A stretch of DNA of 64,000 bases from Mustelus asterias (taxonomy: Eukaryota): assembly GCF_964213995.1 (NCBI RefSeq), contig NC_135817.1, positions 59,396,001-59,460,000 on the forward strand. Direction: 5' to 3'. Below the pieces are notes generated by a model. The model was not told the DNA's origin and made no database searches. It saw only the letters and a program-made list of their open reading frames with translations. Position numbers and translations under genes: made by a program. Every line of letters begins with the position of its first letter. The first letter of the stretch is position 1. Positions 26,801 through 38,229 of this stretch are shown here, in pieces.

Positions 26801-29380
26801 AAGCTCACGGTGTAGGTGGTAACATATTAGCATGGATAAAAGATTGTTTGACTCCAGACAACAAATATGCATAAATTGGTCTTTTTCTGATTGTCAGGAT
26901 GTGACAGGTGGAGTCACGCGGCAGTCTGTGATAATGCTTCAACTTTTTACAATTTATATCAATCACTTAGATAAGGAGAGTGAAGGCATGATAGCTAACT
27001 ATGCAGATGACACAAATATAGGTAGAAAAACATGCTGTGAAAAGGACATAAGGAGGTCGCAGATGAGATAGATAGGTTGAATGAAAGAGCAAAAATCTGT
27101 CAGATGGAGTAATAATGTGGGAAAATGTGAAGTTGTTCACTTTAGCAGGAAAAATAAAAAAGCAGAATGTTACTTCAATGGAGAATTCTGAGATGCAGAA
27201 AATCTAGGTATTATGCGTGAGCCACAAGAAGTTGGTATGCAGGTAAAGCAAGTAACTAAGACTGATCTTTCATGAATCACTGGAGGCAGGGAGGGTGATG
27301 TGGAGATGCCGGCGTTGGACTGGGGTAAACACAGTAAGAAGTTTAACAACACCAGGTTAAAGTCCAACAGGTTTATTTGGTAGCAAAAGCCACACAAGCT
27401 TTCGAAGCTCTAAGCCCCTTCTTCAGGTGAGTGACTCACCTGAAGAAGGGGCTTAGAGCTTCGGGCAGGGAGGGTCCCAGAGGACTGGAAAATAGCTAAT
27501 GTAACACTGTTGTTTAAGAAGGGAGGGAGGCAGCAGATGGGAAATTATAGGCCGGTTAGCCTGACTTCGGTCATTGGCAAGATTTTAGAATCCATTATTA
27601 AAGATGAGATCGCGGAGTACTTGGAAGTGCATGATAAAGTAGGACTGAGTCAGCACGGCTTCGTGAAGGGGAGGTCATGTCTGACAAATCTGTTAGAGTT
27701 CTTTGAGGAGGTAACAAGGAAGTTGAAGGAGAACCAGTGGACGTGATTTATTCAGATTTCCAAAGGTGCCACATAGGAGATTGTTAAATAAGTTAAGAGC
27801 CCATGGTGTTGATAAGATCCTGGCATGGATAGAGGATTGGCTGACTGGCAGAAAGCAGAGTGGGGATAAAGGGGTCTTTTTCAGCATGGCAGTCGGTGAC
27901 TCGTGGTCTGCCTCAGGGATCGGTGCTGGGACCACGACTTTTCACAATATACATTAACGATTTGAAAGAAGGAACTGAAGGCACTGTTGCTAAGTTTGCA
28001 GCTGATACAAAGATATGTAGAGGGATAAGTAGTATTGAGGAAGCAGGGGGACTGCAGAAGGACTTGGACAGGTTTGGAGATTGGGCAAAGAAGTGACAGA
28101 TGGAATACAATGCAAGGTTATGCACTTTGGAAGGAGGAATGGAGGCATAGATTATTTTCTAAATGGGGAAATGCTTAGGAAATCAGAAACACAAAGGTAC
28201 TTGGAAGTCATTGTTCAAGATTCTCTTAAGGTTAACATGTAAGTTCAGTCAGCAGTTAGGAAGGCAAATGCAATGTTAGCATTCATGTCGAGAGGGCTAG
28301 AGTACAAGAGCAGGAATGTACTTCTGAGGCCATATAAGGCACTGGTCAGACCCTGTTTGGAGTATTGTGAGCAGTTTTGGGCCCCATATCTAAGGAAGGA
28401 TGTGCTGGCCTTGGAAAGGGTCCAGAGGAGGTTCACAAGAATGATCCCTGGAATGAAGAGCTTGTCGTATGAGGAATGGTTGAGGATCCTAGGTCTGTAC
28501 TTGTTGGAGTTTAGAAGGATGAGGGAGGATCTTATTGAAACTTACAGGATACTGCAAGGCCTGGATAGAGAGGATGTTTCCACTAGTAGGAAAAACTGGA
28601 AGAAGAGGGCACAACCTCAGGCTAAAGGGACGATCCTTTAAAACAGAGATGAGGAGGAATTTCTTCAGCCAGAGAGTGGTGAATCTGTGGAACTCTTTGC
28701 TGCAGAAAGCTGTGGAGGCCAGGTCATTGAGTGTCTTTAAGACAGAGATAGATAGGTTCTCGATTAATAAGGGGGTCAGGGGTAATAGGGAAAAGGCAGG
28801 AGAATGGGGATGAGAAAAAGATCAGCCATGATTGAATAGCAGAGCAGACTCGATGGGCTGAATGGCCTAATTCTGCTCCTATATCTTATGGCTAATGGAT
28901 ACTGTTCTTTATTTTTATGAGAGGAATTAAATATAAAAGTAAAGGATATCGTTCTTCAGTTAGATAGGGGATTAGTGAGACCACATCTTGAAAACAGTGT
29001 GCAGTTTTGGTCTCCTTATTTAAGGAAAGATGTAAATGCATTGGAGGCGGTTCAGATGAGGTTTACTAGATTTATTCCTGGAATGAGTGAGTGTCTTATG
29101 TGTTAAGGATGGACAGAGTGGGCCTGTTTCCAGAAGAGTGAGGGGTGCCTTGGTTCAAGTAAATAAGATCCTGAAGGTCTCCACAATGTGGATGTGAAAA
29201 GAACTTTTCCTCTTGTGGCATAGTCCCAAACTAGGGGACACTGTTTTAAAATTAGGGATCACCCTTTTAGGAAAGAGATGAGGAAAAATTCTCTCTGAGG
29301 GTTGTGTGACTTTGGAACTCGCTGCCTCAGAAGATGGTGGAGATAGGGTCATTGAATATCTTTAAGGAGATGTAATAGAT
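23900..29380 (+). mobile_element. Nested CR1 cluster in ATP5PO intron 2
   Basis: An old CR1 ORF2 (endonuclease to RT; ~23900-24720, 26009-27270, 28895-29380) is interrupted by two younger CR1 3' fragments (~24730-26008 and ~27270-28890). The second of these contains a Penelope-derived insert. Confidence 0.85.
27297..27463. mobile_element. Penelope-derived short element with 30-bp perfect palindrome
   Basis: 12-bp TSD GGCAGGGAGGGT (27285-27296 and 27464-27475); arms 27403-27432 and 27434-27463. Confidence 0.8.
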
Positions 29381-29693
29381 TTTAAGTGTGGGTGAGAAAG
29401 GGGTGTGAATGGGCAAAAAAAAAACAAGAGGCAAGGCCTGTGTGATAGGGTGGAAAACAGGAGCGATTAAATAATAAAAGGGTTCATGATGCAATCTGAA
29501 ACATTAAGTTTCCCACTCCAGAGCTGCTGCCAGACCAGCCCAGTATTTCCAGCTTTTATTGCTGTATTATGAGAAACAGTTTTGTAGGCAGCCAGTAAAA
29601 GTATTGATCTCTCCTGCGAAACTACTTCCGCAACTGGATTTTATCAAAACTAAAAGATAAATTAAAAGCTTTAAAATGCAGCCAATCACTTAC

Positions 29694-29744
29694 TGTCACC
29701 AGTTTGCTCACTGGTTTGACCACCGTGGTGCTGAAGTAACGAAC
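29694..29744 (-). CDS. ATP5PO: ATP5PO exon 2 (VRYFSTTVVKPVSKLVT)
   Basis: ttttag| ... |gtaagt boundaries, 51 nt; resembles mammalian VRCFSTSVVRPFAKLVR. Confidence 0.93.
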
Positions 29745-31564
29745 CTAAAATTGTCAAGGAAAATGTGTTAGCTTTAATTCACATTTAGAGTCACATTCTG
29801 TAGACATGGATCAAGCACATAGTTTAGCGTACAATGTAAGCTATTGAGGCACATAAAAGATTAGGATACGTAACCTGGGTACATAACTGCTTGTGCTTGT
29901 GTGTGGATTTAGTTCTCGGGAATAAGCTCCAGATTTCTACCATCTTGTGCATGAAAAATTGCTTCCTGATTTCAGTCCTCTTTGACCAGACACTAATTTT
30001 AAGATTATGTCCTCTTCTGATTGCCAAAGCAAATAGTTTTCTGCATCTGCCCGATCAAATCCATTTGTAATTTTACATACACTGATTAAATCACCCCTCA
30101 AAAATGCCTTAATTCAAGGTAATGCAAGTTAATTCTATGAAACCTTTCCTTAATATTAAATATTTCAGACCCAATGTCATTCTGTGAATCTACACTGTTG
30201 CCCATCCAACATCCAAGCTGAATGTGATGCACCAGATTCATATCACCAAAGTTCTATACACTTACATTTTGAACACACTTGAGATGAAGAACGTTTTGAT
30301 TGTGTTTTGTGCCTGTTCACTATATTTTATATTAGATTTGTCCAATTTATCAGATCCAAAGTGAATGACCACACATTTCTCCAGATTGAATGACTTCTAC
30401 AATAACTTCTGGGTTCAACATTGATTCAACAATTTCAAAGAACAACAACTGCTCTTTGCTTTTTCAGATTGCTGATGTTGGTAATGATTCTGTTTTTGCC
30501 ATTTACAGCATCTCTTGACCCATCTATCGTCCCATTATCCATCCTTTTTCCTTGCACCATCATCCCATGATATTTAAATCATTCTGCCTTTCAACCTATC
30601 GAAGTTTAACTTCTTTTGTTCTTTCCTCCTCTCCCCCGACACATTCCTGTCTCTGTACCTGCTTAAAATCCATTGCCTCTGGAAATTTTTTCAGTTCTAA
30701 TGGAAGGTTACCAAATTGAAACATTAACTGTTTCTTTCCCCACAGATGCCATCTGATTTGCTGAGTATTTGCAACATTTTGTTTGCATCTGCAATACCTA
30801 TACCCACTCATTTAATCTGTTCATGTTTCTTTGTAATTTCTTGCTCCTGTCCTCACAACTTAAAGCATCCCTCCTAACTTAATGTTGCCTGCACGTTCAA
30901 ACTTTTTCATTTACCATTTTTCAGTCAAGTTATCAACAGTCTATAGCCTTATATGCTATGGCGTTTCAAGTGCTCATCTAAATGCTTCTTAAATGTTGCG
31001 AGGCATAAGGTTATCCACAATTCTGTATGCTCCCATATTTGCTAATATTCTCTTGGGCAAAGCCTTATCAAATGCCTTCTGGAAGTCCAAAATAAACAAC
31101 AGGTATAGACATTCCATGACACACCACACGCATAACCTCAAATAATTCAGTTAGACTACAGGCATGATTACACAATTTCTCTGATTGGTTGATGACTAAA
31201 GTGCTCATCATTGTCTCTGACAATAGATTCAGTAACTTGCCCACAATTGATGTTGAACTGTAGGTTTTCCCTCCTTAGATCATGGTATAACATTTACAAT
31301 TTTTCAATCCAAAAGGCACAATTCCTCAATCGGTCAGGCAGAGACCTAAATTTGGAGACTCTACATTTACGGGCAACTTTCAGACCATCCTTTGTACACT
31401 TCATGCAGTACTGCTTCCGAGCCAGAAGTGGACTTTGTTTGTCAGGAGAATATGCAGTCCAGTTGATATCAACACAGTTGATATCAAAGAATCCCTATGG
31501 TGCAGAAGACACCATTCGGCCCATTGAGTCTGCATTGACACTCTGTCAAGAGCATCTTTTCACT

Positions 31565-31601
31565 CCATCTGACGAAGGAGTAGCGCTCCGAAAGCTAATG
31601 G
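31565..31601 (+). ncRNA. Minimal type I hammerhead ribozyme motif
   Basis: CCAU-CUGACGA-A-GGAG(UAGCG)CUCC-GAAA-GC-UA/AUGG: stem I CCAU/AUGG, stem II GGAG/CUCC, palindromic AGCU stem III. Confidence 0.7.
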
Positions 31602-31654
31602 CATTTGCTACCAAATAAACCTGTTGGACTTTAACCTGGTGTTGTTAAAACTCA

Positions 31655-31945
31655 AAGAGCATCTTACCCAGGCCCTCCCCCCCGCACCCTATCTCACATA
31701 ACCCCAAAAGTTTCCCATGGCTAATCCATCTAATCCATTTTGGGACACTAAGCAGCAAATTAACATGGTTCCTAATTCACCTAACCTGCACATCTTTGGG
31801 CTATGGAAGAAAACCGGTGCACCCGAAGGAAATCCATGCAGATACAGGGAGAATGTGCAAACTCCACACGGTCACTCAAGGCCAGAATTAAACCCACGTC
31901 CCTGGAGCTGTGAGGTAGCAGTGCTAACCACTGTGCCACCATGCC
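31655..31945 (-). mobile_element. HE1/V-SINE-like element
   Basis: Reverse-complemented head gtgctaaccactgtgccacc and core. Confidence 0.75.
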
Positions 31946-32859
31946 ATAATTTCTGCTGTATTAAAATAGATACTGTAGTTACACAATAAATAACAAGTGA
32001 ATTAGAGTGGGTCACTTTGAAGAGCCATGTGTAGGTTTGAAAACCATGTCACAAACCTGCTGTACTTAAAACATGGCTGCAAATTATTAAATGTTATAAA
32101 AATCAAAACCATAAATGGCCATGATATATTTGCAACATTTCAATTTGACACAAGCAGACAGCAATGGTGTTACAAGTAAATTCACTAAATTAAACCTTAT
32201 TTTAATACAAAAGCATGCACTGCAGATATTGGAATCTGAAACAAAAACAGAAAAGGCTGGAAAATCTCAGCAGGTTTGACAGGGGATTTTCACAGTAACT
32301 TCACTGCAGTGTTAATGTAAGCCTAATTGTGACACTAATAAATGAACTAAAAGCATCTGTGGAGCGAGAGAACAGTGCCAATATTTCAAGTCAGGGTGAC
32401 TCTATGTTTCCCTCCTCTCCCTCAGTATAAATCTTATCCGATATTCCTCGTCTTCAGCTCTGACAAAGGGTCATCCAGACTCGATACATTGGCGTGGGTT
32501 TCCTCCAGGTGCTCCGGTTTCCTCCGGTCCCAACCAGAGCCCAAGGGTGTGTAGGTTAGGTTGACTGGCCATGGAAAATTGGCCCTTAGTGTCAGGGGGA
32601 TTAGCAGGGCTACAGGGATAGGGCCTGGGTGGGCTTGTCGCCAGTGCAGACTGGATGGACCGAATGGCCTCTTTCCGCACTGTAGGGATTCTATGATTTA
32701 TTCTCTCTCCACAGATGCTGTCAGACCTGCTGAGACTTTCCAGAATTTTCCGTTTTCTTAAATACACGCGGATTTATTGCAAACATTAGAAACTATAGAA
32801 AACTTAACAACACAGATTTCACCCGCGACATGACTTGAATTAAGGCATCTCTCCATCAC

Positions 32860-32889
32860 CTTCAAACCCAGCCGAGCCGTGGTCGCCAT
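32860..32889 (-). CDS. ATP5PO: ATP synthase peripheral stalk subunit OSCP, exon 1 (MATTARLGLK)
   Basis: Minus strand reads aagATGGCGACCACGGCTCGGCTGGGTTTGAAG|gtgatg inside a CpG island. Phase 0 join to exon 2; presequence-like, Arg/Lys-containing N-terminus. The donor is weak. Confidence 0.85.
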
Positions 32890-32935
32890 CTTCTTTGCCC
32901 CTGATGTAGGTCAACCCAAGGCCTTGCTGCCACAA

Positions 32936-33104
32936 GAGGAAGGCTTTCCACGCAGGCGCGGCTGGGACGGGAGGAAGGCTTTCCACGCAGGCGCGGCTGG
33001 GACGGGAGGAAGGCTTTCCACGCAGGCGCGGCTGGGACGGGAGGAAGGCTTTCCACGCAGGCGCGGCTGGGACCGGAGGAAGGCTTTCTACGCAGGCGCG
33101 GCTG
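32936..33104. repeat. 35-bp GC-rich minisatellite, ~4.8 copies
   Basis: Unit GAGGAAGGCTTTCCACGCAGGCGCGGCTGGGACGG starts at 32936, 32971, 33006, 33041 and 33076; copies are nearly identical. Confidence 0.97.
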
Positions 33105-35707
33105 CGCCCAATGCATCCTGGGACCTGTTGGCTGGAAGAATAAAACCTTTGGTAGTACCGACTACAGCTCCCGGCGGCCTCTGCGGCACCAGGCGGCCCA
33201 CGGGATCGGTGGACAACTCTCGCGCGAGAGGCAGCTGACTGTCCCTCTCCCCTCACCCACAGGGTTGAGGCCACCGACTGAATGCTGCAAACAGACGGCA
33301 GTGTTAGGGAAACAGAGTTAGCCTTTGCAGTCCGTATGATTCGTGTTCATCGTCTGATGGTTGTCTTGTATCCCTGCAGTGGAATTTATTTGACGAATTA
33401 GGCCAAATTGACAGATTAGAGACAGAATATTCCGACTGTGGGAGGAAACCCACGCAGATATGGGGAGAACGTGCAAACAGTGATCTAAGGCAGGAATCGA
33501 ACCCGGGTCCCTGGTGCTTTCAGGCAGCAATGCTAACCACTGTGATAGGGATGATAAATTAGAGATTAGGACCGTTTTCCTTGAAGAGAAGGCCAAGAAG
33601 AGATTTGCTAGAGGTGTTCAAAATCATGAGAGACTAGACAGGGTAGATAGGGAGAAACTGTTCCCACTCGTAAAAAGACTGAGAGCGAGAGTGTGCACAT
33701 TTTAAAGCGATTTGCAAAAGAAGCAAAAAGGTTAAGCGCATTGGACATGCTAAATGGCCCCTTTGTATCCAAAGCTGCCTTAGTTAAGTGGATTAGCCAA
33801 GTAATGCATGGGGTTGCAGGGATAGGGTGGGCGGAAAGGCTTGGGTGGGATGCTCTTTCGGAAATTTGGTGCAGACTTGATGGGCTGAATGACCTCCTTC
33901 TGCACTGCAGGGATTCTATGGTTATTACAGACTTGTTTGGCCCATCATGTCTGCACTGGGTCTCCAATGAGCATTATGACTTTGTGCCATTCTACTGTCT
34001 TTTCCCCATACCCCTGCATATTGTTTCTATTCAGATAATCATCTAAAACCTTCTTGAAAACCTCAACTGAAGTTGCCTCCATCACACTTCTGGGCAGTGC
34101 ATTTCAGGCTTGAATCACTTGCTGTGTGTGAAAAAGTTTTTTTCTCACATCACGTTTGCTTCTTTTGCAAATCGCTTTAAATGTGCACACACTCGCTCTC
34201 AGTCTTTTTACGAGTGGGAACAGTTTCTCCCTACCTACCCTCTCTCTCATGATTTTGAACACCTCTAGCAAATCTCCTCTTGGCTTTCTCTTCAAGGAAA
34301 ACTGTCCTAATCTCTAATTTATCTTCATAACTGAAGTTTCTCATCCCTCAAACCATTCTTGTAAACCTCTTCTGCACTCGCTCCAATGTTCTCACATCCT
34401 TCTTGTAGTGTGGTACTCAGAACTGTATGCAATTCTCCCGCTAAGGTCTAACAAGTGTTTTGCATAAGTTCAGTGTAACTTCCATGGTCTTTTATTCTAT
34501 GCCCTTATTACAGTCCAGGAAAATGCATGCTTTATTAACTGCTATCTCCACCCGTCCTGCTATCTCCAATGATCTATGCACATAAACATCCAGGTCGCTC
34601 TGCTCCTGCACTCCCTTAAGAATTGTACCCCTTATTTTATATTGTCTCTCATGTTCTTCCCACCAAAATGCATCACCTCACACTTTTCCGCATTGAACTT
34701 AATCTGTCACTTATCTGCCTGCTTCCCCCAATTTATCTATGTCCTTTTGAAGTTCTACTCTGTCCTCACAATTTACAATGCTTTCAAGCTCCATGCAATC
34801 TGCAAACATTGTAATCTGTCCTCTGTACAACAAGATCTAGATCATAAAACTATATCAATAAAGTAAAAGCAAGTGTCTCAGTACTGACTTCTGAGGACCT
34901 CCACTAAAAACCTTCCCCCAGCTGAAAAATATCTATCGACTATTACTTTCTGCTTCCTATTACTCAGCCAATTTTGTATCCATGTTGCTACTGTCCTTTT
35001 TATTCCATGAGCTACAACTTTTCTCACAAGTTAGTTTTGTGGAACTGTATTGAATGCGTTTTGAAAGTCCATATATACCACATCAACAGCGTTCACCCTT
35101 TCTGTTACCTCTTCAAAAAACTCAAGCAAGTTAGTTAAATGTGATTTTCCCCTTTAGAAATCCATACTGGCTTTTCCTAATCAACCCACTTTTTTTTCCA
35201 TGCGACTACTAATTCTATCCTGAATAATTGTTTCTAGAATCTTCCCCACTACTGAAGTTAAGGTTATTGTGATGTATTTATTTGGTGGCTTGCTGTAGTC
35301 AGATGACCTCTGCCATGAGACACTGATTGGAAACAGCCATGTTACCTAAAGCCTTGAAGGCATGCTTTGAATTAGTAGTGAAAGTAACTTATGAACATCA
35401 TGTGTTTAACTTTAGGCCTCAAGGGGAAGAAGAGTTTATTGATTATTATGTGACTACAGTAGCATGGCTTGCAGATTCTGTTGAATTTAGACAACTTAAA
35501 GATGATCTAATTTAAGCTAGGCTTGTCTTGGGCAAGAGATCCTTCATTGAGAGTATATCTACTGACAGAGGAGAAACTAATTATCAAGAAAATGATTGAC
35601 GTGCAGAAGTGCTGAGGTTGTAAATCATCAGACATATCCATGGCAGAACAGACCAGGCCTTGTCTTAAGCTAATCAATATTCCAGGCCTTAACAGCAGAA
35701 AGATCAC

Positions 35708-36846
35708 AAAGGTCCCTCATGGTAGGCTGGTGCAAAAGGTTGGATCTCATGGGATAAAGGGGGAGGTGGCTAGATGGGTGGAGAACTGGCTTGGTCACAG
35801 AAGACAGAGGGTGGTAGTGGAAGGGTCTTTTTCCGGCTGGAGGCCTGTGACTAGTGGTGTTCCGCAGGGCTCTGTATTGGAACCTCTGCTGTTTGTGATT
35901 TATATAAATGATCTGGAAGGTGTAACTGGGGTGATCAGTAAGTTTGTGGACGACACAAAATTGGCAGCACTTGCAGATAGTGAGGAAAATTGTCAGAAGC
36001 TACAAAAGGATATAAACAGGCTGGAAATTTGGGCAAAGAAATGGCAGATGGAGTTCAATCCTGATAAATGCGAAGTGATGCATTTTGGTAGAAATAATGT
36101 AGGGAGGAGCTATACGATAAATGGCAGAACCATAAAGGGTGTAGATACGCAGAGGGACCTGGGTGTGCAAGTCCACAGATCCTTGAAGGTGACGTCACAG
36201 GTGGAGAAGGTGGTGAAGAAGGCATATGGCATGCTTGCCTTTATAGGATGGGGCATAGAGTATAAAAGTTGGGGTCTGATGTTGCAGATGTATAGAACGT
36301 TGGTTTGGCCACATTTGGAATACTGCGTCCAGTTCTGGTCGCCACACTACCAGAAGGACGTGGAGGCTTTGGAGAGAGTACAGAGGAGGTTTACCAGGAT
36401 GTTGCCTGGTATGGAGGGGCTTAGTTATGAGGAGAGATTGGGTAAACTGGGGTTGTTCTCCCTGGAAAGACGGAGGATGAGGGGAGACTTAATAGAGGTG
36501 TATAAAATTATGAAAGGCATAGATAGGGTGAACGGTGGGAAGCTTTTCCCCAGGTCGGTGGTGACGTTCACGAGGGGTCATAGGTTCAAGGTGAAGGGGG
36601 GGAGGTTTAACACAGATATCAGAAGGACATATTTTACACAGAGGGTGGTGGGGGCCTGGAATACGCTGCCAGGCAAGGTGGTGGAGGCGGACACACTGGG
36701 AACGTTTAAGACTTATCTAGATAGCCATATGAACGGAGTGGGAATGGAGGGATACAAAAGAATGGTCTAGTTTGGACCAGGGAGCGGCACGGGCATGGAG
36801 GGCCGAAGGGCCTGTTCCTGCGCTGTTTTGTTCTTTGTTCTTTGTT
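35708..36846 (+). mobile_element. Young 5'-truncated CR1-clade LINE (RT C-terminal part, open frame)
   Basis: ORF 35640-36770 with [14 protein letters not shown] and HLEYCVQFWSP motifs; 3' tail of tttgttc repeats. Confidence 0.93.
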
Positions 36847-38229
36847 GATTGAAATACTGAGGAGGAAATTGGACTCCCAGTTGAGATGGGAAAGAAAATA
36901 TAAACACATATCTATATCAGCTGGGTGACTCTAAAATTATTATTTTTATTACCATGACTAGCTATGACTCATACTAGAGAAATTTCTAACCTTCAGACAA
37001 ACCAGCAGTCTTATTTTTTTTAAAAGGCATTAATGCCCCTCCTGGAGTTGCACAAAGCTTCTTTGCATTTTAAATAAGAATTTTGGCCACCAGAGATGTG
37101 TCTACAAGGACACAAGTAGCTGTCTGTGACTCCTAATATCCAATGTTATGTTAATGGCCTGCCTGTTACCTACTCCCAAACACAATGGGTTTGAATCAGG
37201 GACCTCATTAGTCAACCTGAAACTACACTGTAACACGACCGAGATTGAGCTGTCTGAATTCCTTTAATGAATAAGCTGTTGGATCTTGTCTTCAGTCATT
37301 GTCTGACCTCCAAAGAGCACAGGACTCAAGGTAGCAGCCTGTGTCTGTCTACCATCTTACCATCGACCAGGTAGTAGCAGAAGGAACTCATCTACACTGA
37401 ATTACTGGAACATTGGATCTGGTGCATTGAAGACTAATTTAGCTCTACGTGCCATCTCTCTTTGTGGAAGTCTCACATCTGGAGTGACTGATCACCCTGT
37501 GACAGTCAACCAAACAACCCTCTGAAGAAACGCTCCATTAGACTTTTGATTCTGGATTCAGGTAAAACCATAACTTGTATTTTTCTTGTGGTCTGGCCCT
37601 GTACCTCTTTCCCTTATCTCTCCTTTATTGCATGAGTGCAAAAGGGGTAGATATTGTGAAACTGCTTCCCCGCGTTGAGTGCGTGTGTGAAATACACAAA
37701 CTTATGTTATCCTATCTCGAGTTTGTTGTGCGAATTATTCATAGAAGATTGGAATACTCTATATTAAAAATAAAAGTAATATTCTCGTACTCCATATTTA
37801 AGGGCTGGGAAAAATATGCCAGGTACCTGTGTCTTAAAATAATTTTAATGTAACTGCAATTTATATTCTTAAAAACAAAGGTGTTTGTATTGAGTTCATC
37901 TAATAAATATATTTGGCGCAAGGTGCAATTCAAGAATCCAATCTTTTGTTTTGCAGTATGCTTATTTTTATTGAAACAATGACATATGAATTGCATTGCT
38001 ACAGTTCATGCTTGGGTCGCACTGCTACGGTTGATGCAGTTTAAACAGCATGCACAGCACATTCTGGGTAAGCATGTGCAGGAAGACTGCTGTGTGTTCA
38101 TGACACCAGATGGAGGAGGTTGCACTTTTTGATATTACATTTTGGCAGCTGTTTACCTTGCCCCGCCCAATGGATCACTTTGCGTTGAAGTGGTATGGTG
38201 AAGCAGAAGAATCAAATGCAAAACTAAAA

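Larger units (their letters stand above)
32820..33300 (-). promoter_or_regulatory. CpG-island promoter/5'UTR of ATP5PO
   Basis: Sharp rise in GC and CpG content around exon 1. YY1-like AAGATGGCG overlaps the start codon; palindrome CTCTCGCGCGAGAG at 33217-33230. Confidence 0.8.

Noticed and set aside
32936-33104. CRISPR-like array, or the repetitive ORFs 32840-33274, 32862-33116 and 32879-33238
   Set aside because: Units are contiguous with no unique spacers, and the DNA is vertebrate. The ORFs arise from a stop-poor GC-rich minisatellite.
35640-36770. 376-aa host gene
   Set aside because: It is the RT C-terminal part of a 5'-truncated CR1; the first ~23 codons are flanking sequence fused by chance.
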